A DNA stretch of 64,000 nucleotides from a bacterium (GCA_023269085.1 JAHFML010000003.1:52863-116862), one strand, 5' to 3'. Counted from the stretch's first letter, positions 39,473-49,694 are shown. Notes: generated from the sequence alone by a model not told the origin. Program-made: numbers and translations.

Positions 39473-40321
39473 ATGAAAACCTACAGCCCAACCACCAAGA
39501 GCCGCCGATCGATGACCACCTTGCCCTACAAGGAGCTCCTCTCGGGCGACGCGCCCTACAAGCCGCTTCTCGCCGCTAAGAAGCGTCAGGGCGGTCGCAA
39601 CGCCTTCGGCCGGATAACGACGCGTCATCAAGGTGGCGGGCACAAGCGCCGTTTGCGCGAGATCGACTTCTCCTTCAACAAGAAGAACATTCCCGCCAAG
39701 ATCGAGACGGTCGAGTATGATCCCTTCCGCTCGGCCTTCATCGGCCTCGCGCTCTATCGCGATGGCGAGCGTCGCTATGTCGTCCTGCCGAAGAGCGTCG
39801 GCGTCGGAGCGACTTTCGTCGTCGCCGAGGACGCGCCGCTCACGCCGGGCAACCGTCTTCCGATAGGGAAGATCCCGGTGGGCACCTCGATTTATAATAT
39901 TGAAATCGCTCCGGGCACAGGCGCCGCGCTCGTCCGTTCGGCGGGCACCTTCGCCGAGGTGGTCGCGCACGACGCGGGCTATGCGCAGATCAAGCTCCCC
40001 TCGACCGAGATCCGCCGCGTCTCGGATCTCGCATGGGCCAGCATCGGCGCGGTCGGCAACGAAGAGTACAATCTCGTCGTCATTGGCAAGGCCGGTCGCT
40101 CGCGTTGGCTCGGCATCCGCCCGACAGTGCGCGGCACCGCGATGAACCCGGTTGACCACCCGCACGGCGGCGGTGAAGGGCGTCAGGGCCGCGGGCTTCG
40201 TCGCGCCAAGACCAAGTGGGGTAAGCCGAGTGGCAAGGGCCAGAAGACGCGCACGCCGAAGAAATACTCAAACGTCTTCATCGTCTCGCGCCGCAAGGTC
40301 GGCAAGAAGCGCAAGGGCTAA
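39473..40321 (+). CDS. rplB: 50S ribosomal protein L2
   Basis: RGTAMNPVDHPHGGGEG. Confidence 0.98.
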   Translation: MKTYSPTTKSRRSMTTLPYKELLSGDAPYKPLLAAKKRQGGRNAFGRITTRHQGGGHKRRLREIDFSFNKKNIPAKIETVEYDPFRSAFIGLALYRDGERRYVVLPKSVGVGATFVVAEDAPLTPGNRLPIGKIPVGTSIYNIEIAPGTGAALVRSAGTFAEVVAHDAGYAQIKLPSTEIRRVSDLAWASIGAVGNEEYNLVVIGKAGRSRWLGIRPTVRGTAMNPVDHPHGGGEGRQGRGLRRAKTKWGKPSGKGQKTRTPKKYSNVFIVSRRKVGKKRKG

Positions 40322-40333
40322 TTTCACAAAAAC

Positions 40334-40370
40334 AGAAAGCACGCGGCGCCTCCGGCGCCGCGTGCTTTCT
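40334..40370 (+). terminator. Intrinsic terminator after rplB
   Basis: AGAAAGCACGCGGCGCC/GGCGCCGCGTGCTTTCT. Confidence 0.85.
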
Positions 40371-40408
40371 CATCGCCTATCCCCACCCCACCCCTTTACC
40401 TCCCCCTC

Positions 40409-40421
40409 GGGGGGGGGGGGG
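40409..40421 (+). repeat. G13 homopolymer in the putative promoter of the 40460 gene
   Basis: TTTACC-tccccctc-G13-TACGCT. Confidence 0.9.
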
Positions 40422-40459
40422 TACGCTACAGGTATATCCACCGCGCATAACCCATACCC

Positions 40460-41374
40460 ATGAAAGAACTAACTCGTTCAACGCTCGTCGCCATCGTCGC
40501 CTCATCGCTCTCCCTCCTCGCCTTCTACGCGGTGAGCGCTGGCGCACAATCAGCCTGGACTCCAGCTCCAGCTAACGCTCCCTCAGGCAACGTGGCAGGC
40601 CCCCTCACCACGGGCGCAACCGGTCAGAGCAAAGCCGGTAACCTCATGCTCAACACCGACGGCACCCTCGCCAACGGCCTCATCGTCGCGAATGGGAATG
40701 TGGGTATTGGGACGGTGGCGCCATACTTGCCACTCGTCGTTTATAGTTCGTCAGCCAATGGTTCTGCTGTAGCGCTTGACAGACCGGCTGGCTTGGCTGG
40801 GATGTATCAGGTAAGAACAAACGGATCTCCTCGATGGGTTTTTGGTGCAGACCAAACAACAGAGAGTGGCTCGAATTCCGGATCAAACTTTCGAATTATC
40901 GGGTATAATGATGACGGTCTTGGATTAAATAACGCATTAACAATAAATAGATCCTCCGGCAACGTCGGTATTGGAACGACGAATCCGAACGTCTCGAAGG
41001 GGGCTGGCGGGTATGTCGACGCCAAAGACGTCTATCTCCGTGACGCCGGGAAGTGGGCGAGTGAGGTTGGTGGGAGTGGGAGTATCGTAGCAGGATGCGC
41101 AAAAAATAGGAGAGCAGTTGATTTTTGCGGAAGAGTTAACAACAACCCAGCAGGACTAATCGCTGATGTTTGTTGGGGAGGCGCATCATTTACTACTATT
41201 GAAATAGGCACCCTCGGAGCGGATTGGGGAGCGAGTACCGTTTATACGACAAAGACATTTTCTTGCCCGAGCGGATCCACTGTTCGACTCGTTGGGACTA
41301 TGGGCGAAGGCTGTGGGAGTAACTCATATTCGTCGTCTAGCGTATCACTGGATACCTTTTTCTGTATCAAATAA
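40460..41374 (+). CDS. Secreted/surface adhesin-like protein with GNVGIGT repeats and Cys-rich C-terminus
   Basis: N-terminal signal/TM segment, two GNVGIGT repeats, AT-richer Cys-containing tail; precedes the pilus cluster. Confidence 0.65.
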   Translation: MKELTRSTLVAIVASSLSLLAFYAVSAGAQSAWTPAPANAPSGNVAGPLTTGATGQSKAGNLMLNTDGTLANGLIVANGNVGIGTVAPYLPLVVYSSSANGSAVALDRPAGLAGMYQVRTNGSPRWVFGADQTTESGSNSGSNFRIIGYNDDGLGLNNALTINRSSGNVGIGTTNPNVSKGAGGYVDAKDVYLRDAGKWASEVGGSGSIVAGCAKNRRAVDFCGRVNNNPAGLIADVCWGGASFTTIEIGTLGADWGASTVYTTKTFSCPSGSTVRLVGTMGEGCGSNSYSSSSVSLDTFFCIK

Positions 41375-41520
41375 CCTGCTCGATACTCGCGAAAAGCGCG
41401 TGCCGCATTTGTTCATTTCAACCCATCAAGATGTTCTCCGCACGTTCTCTCACAATGAGAAAATTGTTTTGCACACCTTGGTGCTGAAGGTTTGAGTGGG
41501 CATAGCGTATACTAAATCAA

Positions 41521-42267
41521 ATGGCCTCGCTCTCTTCGATACCAACATCATTCGTTCCGCATCAGGCGGCGGTTGAGCGCCGTCAATTCAGCAGCGACTT
41601 CTCAAGCGCGTTCTCCTTCTTCGCCTACCTCGTGCTCCTCATCGTCTTCGCGCTCGCTCTCGGCGTATTCTTTTACGGCCGCATCTTATCCTCGACACAA
41701 GCGTCCAGGGAGGCTGAACTTACCAAAGCCGAAGCGGCTATCGACCAGGCGACCGTGGACGATTTCGTGCACTTGCGCGATCGCCTCAATTCCTCGCAGT
41801 CTTTATTGGGGAAGCATGTCGCGTTATCGAACGTGTTCTCGACGCTTCAGACCATCCTTCCTTCAAGCGTGCGCCTCTCGTCTCTGCACATAGCGCTCGA
41901 TGATACTGGTGCAGTCAAGATAGAGGGGAGCGGTTTCGCGAAGAGCTTCAATTCACTCGCCTTCGCATCGGAAGTGTTCTCTGCGGACAGCAGTATCAAA
42001 GAGGTCATATTCTCCAGGATAGGCGTCACAAAAGATTCGACGATCGCGTTCAATCTCGCGGCGTCTATCGACCCAAAGCTGATTGCTTATTCGCCGAGCA
42101 CGAGCGTGCCGGATCTCTCTGGCATGTCGAGCGTTCCGAGCATGCCGGCGTTGTCACTGCCAACCGTAGCGACTTCGAGCATTATGGCGACATCAAGCGC
42201 TCCCGCCAAGGTCGCGTCATCGTCTAAGCCGACAAGCAAGCCGGCCGCTAAGTCTCGCGTACCATGA
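41521..42267 (+). CDS. PilN-like pilus assembly protein
   Basis: TM + coiled coil + LPSSVRLSSL...IEGSG; position in cluster. Confidence 0.7.
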   Translation: MASLSSIPTSFVPHQAAVERRQFSSDFSSAFSFFAYLVLLIVFALALGVFFYGRILSSTQASREAELTKAEAAIDQATVDDFVHLRDRLNSSQSLLGKHVALSNVFSTLQTILPSSVRLSSLHIALDDTGAVKIEGSGFAKSFNSLAFASEVFSADSSIKEVIFSRIGVTKDSTIAFNLAASIDPKLIAYSPSTSVPDLSGMSSVPSMPALSLPTVATSSIMATSSAPAKVASSSKPTSKPAAKSRVP

Positions 42268-42818
42268 ACAACCGCATTCTCCCCAGTCTCGCGCTCCTTA
42301 TCGCCATCGGCATCTTCTTCGCCTATGTGAATCCGACGTGGACAGGGTCCATCGCTACTGCCCGGGCGGCAATCGCGGTCGATGATGCGTCGCTCGTTAC
42401 GGCTAGGCACTATGTCACAGAGCAGAACGAGCTTGCCGCCGAGCGTGATGCTATCGATCCGAAAGATCTCTCTGCGCTCACGGCCTTCCTCCCCGATTCG
42501 GTCAATAACGTCGGTCTCATTCTCGATCTGAATACGCTCGCCGCACGAACCGGGTTCTCGATTACGGCCATAGACGTGACGGGGAATACCGACAAGAAGA
42601 CAAGTGTATCCTCAACGCCGTCCGGCTCGCCGAACGAGCTCGTCGGTACGGTAGACTTGGCGCTATCGGCGCAAGGGACATTCTCGTCTCTAAAATCATT
42701 TTTGGCCGGTATCGAGAGGAGCGGACGACTGCTTGATGTGCAGGACATGGTCGTGCGTGACTCCGAGACAGGCGTGTATACCTATCAGATGCGTATCCGC
42801 CTCTATTGGCTCCGTTAA
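42264..42818 (+). CDS. PilO-like pilus assembly protein
   Basis: TM + FLPD + G.FSSL..FL..IERSGRLLDV. Confidence 0.75.
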   Translation: MNNRILPSLALLIAIGIFFAYVNPTWTGSIATARAAIAVDDASLVTARHYVTEQNELAAERDAIDPKDLSALTAFLPDSVNNVGLILDLNTLAARTGFSITAIDVTGNTDKKTSVSSTPSGSPNELVGTVDLALSAQGTFSSLKSFLAGIERSGRLLDVQDMVVRDSETGVYTYQMRIRLYWLR

Positions 42819-42830
42819 TCATTTGAGAAC

Positions 42831-43112
42831 ATGAAATCAAATCCTGTACCCTTCATCATCGCAACAGTCCTTGTCGGTATCGGCGCGTACTGGTTTTTCT
42901 TCGTCAATGGCACGGAACAACCGTCATTGACGATGAATTCGACGCAGAATGGTGCCCAAGCCAAGTTCCAGGCGCTCGCGAGCCAATTGCAGTCGATTTC
43001 GTTCGATACGCGCATATTTTCCGATCCGAATTTCGTATCGCTCGTCAGTCTCACCACATCGATAACACCAGAAACGAAGGGCACCATCGATCCGTTCGGC
43101 CCTATCCGCTAG
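42831..43112 (+). CDS. Small pilus-associated membrane protein (PilP-like position)
   Basis: N-terminal TM, C-terminal DPF motif. Confidence 0.5.
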   Translation: MKSNPVPFIIATVLVGIGAYWFFFVNGTEQPSLTMNSTQNGAQAKFQALASQLQSISFDTRIFSDPNFVSLVSLTTSITPETKGTIDPFGPIR

Positions 43113-43136
43113 CCGTATGCGGCACCCTGCTTCAGA

Positions 43137-44930
43137 ATGAATCTTCTCGAACTTCTCGTCGACAAGAACATGATCTCCGCGCAGGATCGCGTGGAGATTG
43201 AGAAGGCGCTCGGCGAGAAGCAGTCGCTCGCCGAAGCGTTCACGGCGCATAATTTGTCTTTGGCCGATACACTTTCTGCAGTCAGCTCGCTCTACGGCAT
43301 TCCATCAAGGCTTCTCGGTGATCCACCGGCAAATGAAGAAGTTTTCTCTTATATCCCGATTGATTCGGCGCGGCACTATGGTTTCGTCCCGCTCGACGAG
43401 GTTGACGGCGCGCTTGAGGTCGGCATCATCGATCCTGATAATATCGAAGCGCTCGACGCGCTCCAGTTCATCTCGGGCAAGATAGGGATTCCGTATAAGA
43501 TATTCCTCATCACCCGAGAAGATTTCGATAGAGTGCTCGAAGCGTATGCGAATCTCTCGGGTGAAGTGGGGAAGGCGCTTTCTGAATACGAGACGACCAA
43601 GAAGACTCCGCTATCGGGCGCATCGGTCGCCGCCGCGGGAGGTGAAGAAGAGGCTCTCGGTATCGAGGAGTTGAATCTCTCGGGCAAGAGTGAAGCGCTG
43701 AAGGAGGACGCGCCGGTGACGAAGATCGTGTCGACTATCCTGCGCTACGCGATCGAAGGTCACTCGTCCGACATCCATATCGAGCCGTCGCCGACAAAGA
43801 CGCGGGTCCGCTTCCGCATGGACGGGAATCTGCATACCTCGCTCGAATTGCCGAGCAAGGTGCACGAAGCGGTCGTCGCGCGTGTGAAGATCCTGGCGAA
43901 GCTCCGTCTTGACGAGAAGCGCAAGCCGCAGGACGGGCGCTTCTCGGCGAATGTGGATCGGCGGCGCATCGACTTTCGCGTGTCGACATTCCCGACCGAG
44001 TTCGGCGAGAAGGTCGTGATGCGTATTCTCGACCAGTCGGACGCGACGGCGACGCTCGAGACGCTCGGGTTTTCTGCGAATGACCTCGTCAGCGTTCGGA
44101 ACATGATGAAATCTCCCTACGGGATCATCCTTATCGCCGGACCGACCGGAAGCGGTAAGTCGACGACACTCTTCGCCATGCTCTCCGAGCTCGATCGCGA
44201 GACGAACAATGTCGTCTCGCTCGAAGACCCAGTCGAATACCAGATTGCCGGCGTTGCGCAGAGCCAGGTGCGGCCCGAGATCGGCTACACCTTCGCGACC
44301 GGGCTCCGCTCCATCCTGCGTCAGGACCCGGACATCATCATGGTCGGCGAGATCCGCGATAAGGAGACGGCGGTGCTCGCTGTCCAAGCCGCGCTCACCG
44401 GTCACCTCGTCTTCACGACGGTGCACACCAACACCGCTTCGGGAGCGATACCGCGCCTTATCGACATGGGCGTTGACCCGTTCCTCATCGCGCCGACGCT
44501 GATCGCGGTCGTCGGCCAGCGTCTCGTACGCAAGCTCTGCAGTGAGGGAGGGAAATCGTTCCCGGTGAGCGACAGCCTCAAGCAGTATCTAGATCGCGAT
44601 TTCGCCGATCTGCCAGAGGAGTACCGCGCTAAACTACCTCCATTCGAACAGTTCTATCACGCCACGCCGACGCCAGCCTGTTCTGACGGTACGCGCGGCC
44701 GGCTCGGCATCTTCGAGATACTGCGCATGAACAAAGAGCTCGAAAGCATCGTCTTGACCTCGCCTGTCGAGGAGAAGATTTATGAAGTAGCGCGCGAGGG
44801 CGGTATGCTGACCATGCGCGAAGACGCGCTTATTAAAGCGAGTGTCGGGGATATACCATTTGAAGACGTGAATTCGCTCGGCGGCGAGCTATTCCCAGAA
44901 GAAGAGGAGACGGTGCCCAAGCCGGGATAG
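43137..44930 (+). CDS. pilB: Type IV pilus extension ATPase (PilB/GspE)
   Basis: SDIHIEP, GPTGSGKST, LRQDPDIIMVGEIRD. Confidence 0.93.
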   Translation: MNLLELLVDKNMISAQDRVEIEKALGEKQSLAEAFTAHNLSLADTLSAVSSLYGIPSRLLGDPPANEEVFSYIPIDSARHYGFVPLDEVDGALEVGIIDPDNIEALDALQFISGKIGIPYKIFLITREDFDRVLEAYANLSGEVGKALSEYETTKKTPLSGASVAAAGGEEEALGIEELNLSGKSEALKEDAPVTKIVSTILRYAIEGHSSDIHIEPSPTKTRVRFRMDGNLHTSLELPSKVHEAVVARVKILAKLRLDEKRKPQDGRFSANVDRRRIDFRVSTFPTEFGEKVVMRILDQSDATATLETLGFSANDLVSVRNMMKSPYGIILIAGPTGSGKSTTLFAMLSELDRETNNVVSLEDPVEYQIAGVAQSQVRPEIGYTFATGLRSILRQDPDIIMVGEIRDKETAVLAVQAALTGHLVFTTVHTNTASGAIPRLIDMGVDPFLIAPTLIAVVGQRLVRKLCSEGGKSFPVSDSLKQYLDRDFADLPEEYRAKLPPFEQFYHATPTPACSDGTRGRLGIFEILRMNKELESIVLTSPVEEKIYEVAREGGMLTMREDALIKASVGDIPFEDVNSLGGELFPEEEETVPKPG

Positions 44931-44949
44931 TCTGTAGTATACTGTAGAC

Positions 44950-45348
44950 ATGGCCTATCATATTTATCTTATCGATGATGATCGATTCCTGCTCGATCTC
45001 TATGCGCTCAAGTTCAAGAATGCCGGTCATGAAGTGAGCACGTTCAATGGCGGGGAAGAGTTGCTTGCCGCTCTGCGAGAAGAAGGTGCAAAAATGCCCG
45101 ATGCACTCTTGATTGACGTCATCATGCCGAATCTTACCGGTTTCGATACGATCGAGATGCTACGTAAGGAGCAGCTTGCGAAAGAGGCGAAGGTCATCTT
45201 CCTCTCTAATCAAGGACAGGACTCAGACTTCGAGAAGGCGAAGAAGCTCGGCGCCGATGGGTACATCATCAAGGCTTCGGCAATCCCGTCTGAAGTGCTC
45301 GCCGAGACCGTGCGGATAATCGAAGCCGCCGCGCCGGTGGTCGCATAA
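44950..45348 (+). CDS. Single-domain response regulator
   Basis: LIDDD, IDVIMP, GADGYIIK. Confidence 0.9.
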   Translation: MAYHIYLIDDDRFLLDLYALKFKNAGHEVSTFNGGEELLAALREEGAKMPDALLIDVIMPNLTGFDTIEMLRKEQLAKEAKVIFLSNQGQDSDFEKAKKLGADGYIIKASAIPSEVLAETVRIIEAAAPVVA

Positions 45349-45352
45349 TCCT

Positions 45353-46414
45353 ATGATCGCCGACAAACGCCTCGAAGAACTGCTCGATCTCACTGTGAGC
45401 CAAGGCGGGTCCGACCTCCACCTATTCGCGGGAGGGTCGCCCGTCATGCGCATCTCGGGCGAGCTCGTGACACTTACGAAGTATGCGCCTTTCACTCCCG
45501 ACGAGACGAATGCCGTGCTGAAGAGCATCACCCCTCCCGAGCGATGGGCTATCTTTGAAGAGCGGCAGGCTATCGACCTCTCGTATTCGCACAAGGCCGA
45601 CGCGCGCTTCCGCGTCAACGGCTACCGCGTCCAAGGGACGACCGCGCTCGCGCTCCGGCTCATCCCGCGCACGATCCACTCGTTCTCCGAGTTGAATCTG
45701 CCGCCGATCCTCGAAGTCTTCACTCAGCATAAACAGGGCTTCTTCATCGTTGTGGGGCCGGTCGGGCAGGGCAAATCGACTACGCTTGCGACGATGCTGA
45801 ACCGCATCAACGAGTCGCGTGCCGAGCATATCCTCACCATCGAGGATCCGGTCGAATACATCTTCACGCCGAAGCTCTCGCTCATCCATCAACGTGAAGT
45901 CTTTATCGACGCTCCCGATTTCAAGACAGCGCTCCAGGGCTCCTTCCGCGAGGACGTCGACGTGATCATGGTCGGCGAGATGCGCGATTATGAGACGATC
46001 TCCTCGGCGGTGACCGCCGCCGAGACCGGCCACCTCGTCTTCTCGACTCTGCACACCAACTCCGCCGCGCAGACGATCGATCGCATCATCGACATGTTCC
46101 CGGCTGAACAGCAGAGCCAGGTGCGCGTCCAGCTCGCCGGGAGCCTCACGGGTATCTTCTCGCAGAGGCTCGTCCCGCGCATCTCGGGCGGCCTCATCCC
46201 CGCCTACGAGCTTCTCATCAACAATAACGCGGTGAGTACCCTCATTCGCGATGCGCGCACGCACGAGATCAATGCCGTGATCCAGACCTCGTCGCAGGAG
46301 GGCATGATCGACCTCGACCGGTCGCTCGCCGAGCTCGTTCAGCGCGGAGAAGTAACCGTCGAGCACGCCTACGAGCACGCGCTCGACCCCAAGACCTTTG
46401 AGACGTATCTATAA
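45353..46414 (+). CDS. pilT: Type IV pilus retraction ATPase
   Basis: GQGKSTT, TIEDPVE, VGEMRD, AAETGHLVFSTLHT. Confidence 0.93.
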   Translation: MIADKRLEELLDLTVSQGGSDLHLFAGGSPVMRISGELVTLTKYAPFTPDETNAVLKSITPPERWAIFEERQAIDLSYSHKADARFRVNGYRVQGTTALALRLIPRTIHSFSELNLPPILEVFTQHKQGFFIVVGPVGQGKSTTLATMLNRINESRAEHILTIEDPVEYIFTPKLSLIHQREVFIDAPDFKTALQGSFREDVDVIMVGEMRDYETISSAVTAAETGHLVFSTLHTNSAAQTIDRIIDMFPAEQQSQVRVQLAGSLTGIFSQRLVPRISGGLIPAYELLINNNAVSTLIRDARTHEINAVIQTSSQEGMIDLDRSLAELVQRGEVTVEHAYEHALDPKTFETYL

Positions 46415-46435
46415 TCCAGACCTCACCCTTGCACC

Positions 46436-47641
46436 ATGCTCTTTACCTACCACGCGATTGATTCTGACGGCCACGAGCGGGACGGGACCATCGAAGCGTT
46501 GTCGCAGGACATCGCCATCTCGGCACTCCAGCGCCGCAATCTCGTCATCTCCTCTATCAAGTCGGGCGAGAAGAGTTCCGTATTCGAATTCAAATTCTCT
46601 TTTTCTCATGGCGTTTCCAACAAAGAGGTCGTCATCCTCTCGCGCCAGATCGCTACGCTCTTCAGCGCGCAGGTCTCGGCGCTCCGTGTGTTCCGCCTCC
46701 TCTCCTCAGAAGTCGATAACAAGAATCTGGCGGATATACTCGGTACCGTCGCCGATGAGCTCCAGGGCGGGAGCCCTATAAGCAAAGCGCTCGCGCACCA
46801 TCCGGAGGTCTTCTCTGTCTTCTATGTGAACATGGTGCGAGCGGGAGAGGAGTCGGGCCGCCTGCCCGAGACCTTTGAATACCTCGCCGACTATCTCGAT
46901 CGCTCTTACGACATTGTGAGCAAGGCGGAGAACGCGCTCATCTATCCGGTATTCGTTATCGCTATTTTCTTCATCGTCATGTGGCTCATGCTTACGCTCG
47001 TCATACCGAAGATCAGCGCGGTGCTGGTCGACTCGGGGCAGGCGGTTCCCTTCTATACGGCGGTCATCATCGGCCTGTCGAACTTCCTCGTCCACTACGG
47101 CATCTTCATCATCGTGGCGCTCGTCATCGCCGGCTTCTATGTGTGGCAGATCGGCAAGACGAAGCAGGGTAAGCTCGTTCTCGACGGCCTGAAGCTCATG
47201 GTCCCGTATGTCGGCAATCTCTACAGCAAGCTCTATCTCGCCCGCATCGCGGACAACTTCGCGACGATGCTCCTCTCAGGCGTCTCGGTGGTCGAGGCTA
47301 TCGATATCACCTCGTCGGTTGTCGGCAATGTCGCCTACGAGGCGGTGCTCTCGCAGGTCGCGCTCGACGTGAAGGGCGGTTCGTCGATATCCGACGCACT
47401 TGCGAAACATCAGGAGATGCCGGGCATCATGGTCGCGATGACCAAGGTCGGCGAAGAGACCGGCGAGCTCGGCAAGATCCTCACGATGCTTGCCAAGTTC
47501 TACAACCGCGAAGTGACGAACGCCGTCGACACGCTCGTCGGCCTCATCGAGCCTATTATGATCGTCGCGCTCGGCCTCGGCGTCGGCATCCTGCTCGCGG
47601 CCGTCCTCATGCCGATCTACAACCTCGCGGGGGCGTTCTAA
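46436..47641 (+). CDS. pilC: Pilus platform protein (PilC/GspF)
   Basis: AGEESGRL, ALIYP, VGEETGEL, LIEP. Confidence 0.93.
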   Translation: MLFTYHAIDSDGHERDGTIEALSQDIAISALQRRNLVISSIKSGEKSSVFEFKFSFSHGVSNKEVVILSRQIATLFSAQVSALRVFRLLSSEVDNKNLADILGTVADELQGGSPISKALAHHPEVFSVFYVNMVRAGEESGRLPETFEYLADYLDRSYDIVSKAENALIYPVFVIAIFFIVMWLMLTLVIPKISAVLVDSGQAVPFYTAVIIGLSNFLVHYGIFIIVALVIAGFYVWQIGKTKQGKLVLDGLKLMVPYVGNLYSKLYLARIADNFATMLLSGVSVVEAIDITSSVVGNVAYEAVLSQVALDVKGGSSISDALAKHQEMPGIMVAMTKVGEETGELGKILTMLAKFYNREVTNAVDTLVGLIEPIMIVALGLGVGILLAAVLMPIYNLAGAF

Positions 47642-47826
47642 ACGATTGGAAGAAGGCTATAGAAAAGGAGGAACCGCCCTCAAGCGTGGCGGTTCCCGAG
47701 TGAACTTAGTCAGTATACACTGAACAATAGTCTTTGCAAGGCGACGGTGGGCAGGTTATCCACACCGGTCTCCCACAATTGGCTTGCGAGGCGTATACTG
47801 TAGCCATTAACCGTTTACAATAAATT

Positions 47827-48327
47827 ATGTACAAGAATCGTTCACGTGGTTTCACCCTTATTGAATTGCTCGTCGTCATCGCCATCATCGGCGTCTTGTC
47901 GGCCGTCGTCCTCGCTTCGCTCAACACCGCGCGTAGCAAGGGTAACGATGCGGCTATCAAGTCGAATCTCGGCACGGTGTTGACCCAGTCGGCTATCTAT
48001 TATGATACGTATAGCGCCTATGTGAGCGCCGGAACACCAGCTGCAGTTGGAACTCCGACAGTCGCTGCGTGTGGTACTGCGACCTCGTTGTTCGCAGATG
48101 CAAACGTAACACAGGCACTGATCTCTTCCGACAAGGCAGCAGGAGGTCCTGGTACGACGCTCGCCAACATGACGAAAACATACTGTGGTTTTACCGGAAG
48201 TCTTGCTACGTGGGTTGTCTATACCGTTCTCTTGAATAACGGAGCCACAGGACAGTCATGGTGTGTCGATAGCTCGGGGAACTCGAAGCAGATAGCGACG
48301 CCTGCGGGAGCCCTTGCTAATTGTTAG
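47827..48327 (+). CDS. Type IV pilin (probable major pilin)
   Basis: GFTLIELLVVIAIIG; own promoter and strong terminator; WCVDS. Confidence 0.9.
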   Translation: MYKNRSRGFTLIELLVVIAIIGVLSAVVLASLNTARSKGNDAAIKSNLGTVLTQSAIYYDTYSAYVSAGTPAAVGTPTVAACGTATSLFADANVTQALISSDKAAGGPGTTLANMTKTYCGFTGSLATWVVYTVLLNNGATGQSWCVDSSGNSKQIATPAGALANC

Positions 48328-48351
48328 TCGGCTCAGTTAGGTAAGTTCTCT

Positions 48352-48389
48352 AAAAGAAATCCCCCGCCTTGCGCGGGGGATTTCTTTTT
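48352..48389 (+). terminator. Intrinsic terminator after pilin gene
   Basis: AAAGAAATCCCCCGC/GCGGGGGATTTCTTT. Confidence 0.8.
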
Positions 48390-48410
48390 CGGTGCTACAA
48401 TGAGGCGCAT

Positions 48411-48920
48411 ATGATGTATATAAAAAAGAATGCAGGGTTTACCCTTATCGAGCTCATGGTCGTTATCTCTATCATCGGTGTGTTGTCAGCTATCGTCCTC
48501 GCCTCGATGACGGCCGCGCGTAATAAGGGCGCGAACGCGGCGGTGAAGGCCGACCTGAATGGCGTTATTAAGCAGGCAGAGATTTATTTCTACGCTCATA
48601 GCAATGCTTATGGCACAGCCGCACCAAGCAATACAGATTGTGGTGTAGCCGCAAACCAAGTGGGCGTGTTCGCTGATACCAATATCTCTGCGGCGCTCGT
48701 CGCGGCCAAGTCAGCCGAGGGCGGCACCGCGCTCTACTGCACTATGCCAGCGACGGGGACTGCCTACGCAGTCGCTGTCCCGCTCAAGGGTGGCGGGTAT
48801 TGGTGTGTGGACAGCACCGGCATTGCGCGGAGCGCGACTGCGGGCGGCACTGCCTACACCGGCACGAACGGCGCGTCGCCTGCGGCGGTCACGAACGCGA
48901 CGACCTATAAGTGCAACTAG
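48411..48920 (+). CDS. Type IV pilin paralog
   Basis: GFTLIELMVVIS; WCVDS. Confidence 0.9.
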   Translation: MMYIKKNAGFTLIELMVVISIIGVLSAIVLASMTAARNKGANAAVKADLNGVIKQAEIYFYAHSNAYGTAAPSNTDCGVAANQVGVFADTNISAALVAAKSAEGGTALYCTMPATGTAYAVAVPLKGGGYWCVDSTGIARSATAGGTAYTGTNGASPAAVTNATTYKCN

Positions 48921-48926
48921 CGCGGC

Positions 48927-49694
48927 ATGACGCTACTACTTAGCGTCGCCTTCTTCACTCTCGGGGCGGTCGCCGCGAGCTTCGCGGGCGTGCTCGCGGC
49001 GCGCTACCACACGGGGCAGAGCTGGGTGCGCGGGCGATCAAGATGCGACGCGTGCGGCAAGACGCTTGCGCCGCACACGCTTCTGCCGATCTTTTCGCAC
49101 CTCATCTCGCGTGGCCGCGCGCGCTGTTGCGGCGCGCGGCTCTCAGGCGCGTCGCCCGTGGCTGAAGCGCTCCTCGGTGCGCTCTTCGTTCTTGCCTATC
49201 TGAAGCTCGACCTCACGCTTGCGCTCCCGTTCCTCCTCCTCGCGCTCACCATGCTCCTCGCGCTCGTGCTCTATGACCTCGCGCACCAGATACTGCCGAC
49301 GGCATTTCTCGCGGTCTTCGGCGCGGCCGCAGCGGCCGCGGGATTCCTGCAAGCGGCGTCGCTTGATGAATTCTTCACGACCTTCCTGCTCGCGGCACTC
49401 TTCGCCGCGTTCCTGCTCGCGATTCACTTCTTCTCGCGCGGGCGCGCGATGGGATTCGCGGACGCGCCGCTCGTCTTCGGTCTTGCTCTCATGGGCGGCG
49501 CGACCGCCTTCACAGGCTTCGTCTTCTCCTTCTGGATCGGTGCCGTTGTGGGCATAGCGTTATTGGCAGGGAGGCTGGGTGGCTTTAGAATGAATAGCGA
49601 GGTCCCCTTCGCGCCGTTTCTCGCCGCCGGCTTCATCCTCGCGTACTTCACCCAATGGAACATTCTCACGCTCATCGAGGCTTCACTCTCATAG
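48927..49694 (+). CDS. pilD: Prepilin peptidase
   Basis: RSRCDAC, YDL, MGFAD, VPFAPFL. Confidence 0.9.
   Translation: MTLLLSVAFFTLGAVAASFAGVLAARYHTGQSWVRGRSRCDACGKTLAPHTLLPIFSHLISRGRARCCGARLSGASPVAEALLGALFVLAYLKLDLTLALPFLLLALTMLLALVLYDLAHQILPTAFLAVFGAAAAAAGFLQAASLDEFFTTFLLAALFAAFLLAIHFFSRGRAMGFADAPLVFGLALMGGATAFTGFVFSFWIGAVVGIALLAGRLGGFRMNSEVPFAPFLAAGFILAYFTQWNILTLIEASLS

Noticed and set aside
40460-41374. Shufflon-type invertible C-terminal cassettes for the adhesin-like gene
   Set aside because: No recombinase, inverted sfx-like repeats or alternative C-terminal cassettes are visible nearby.
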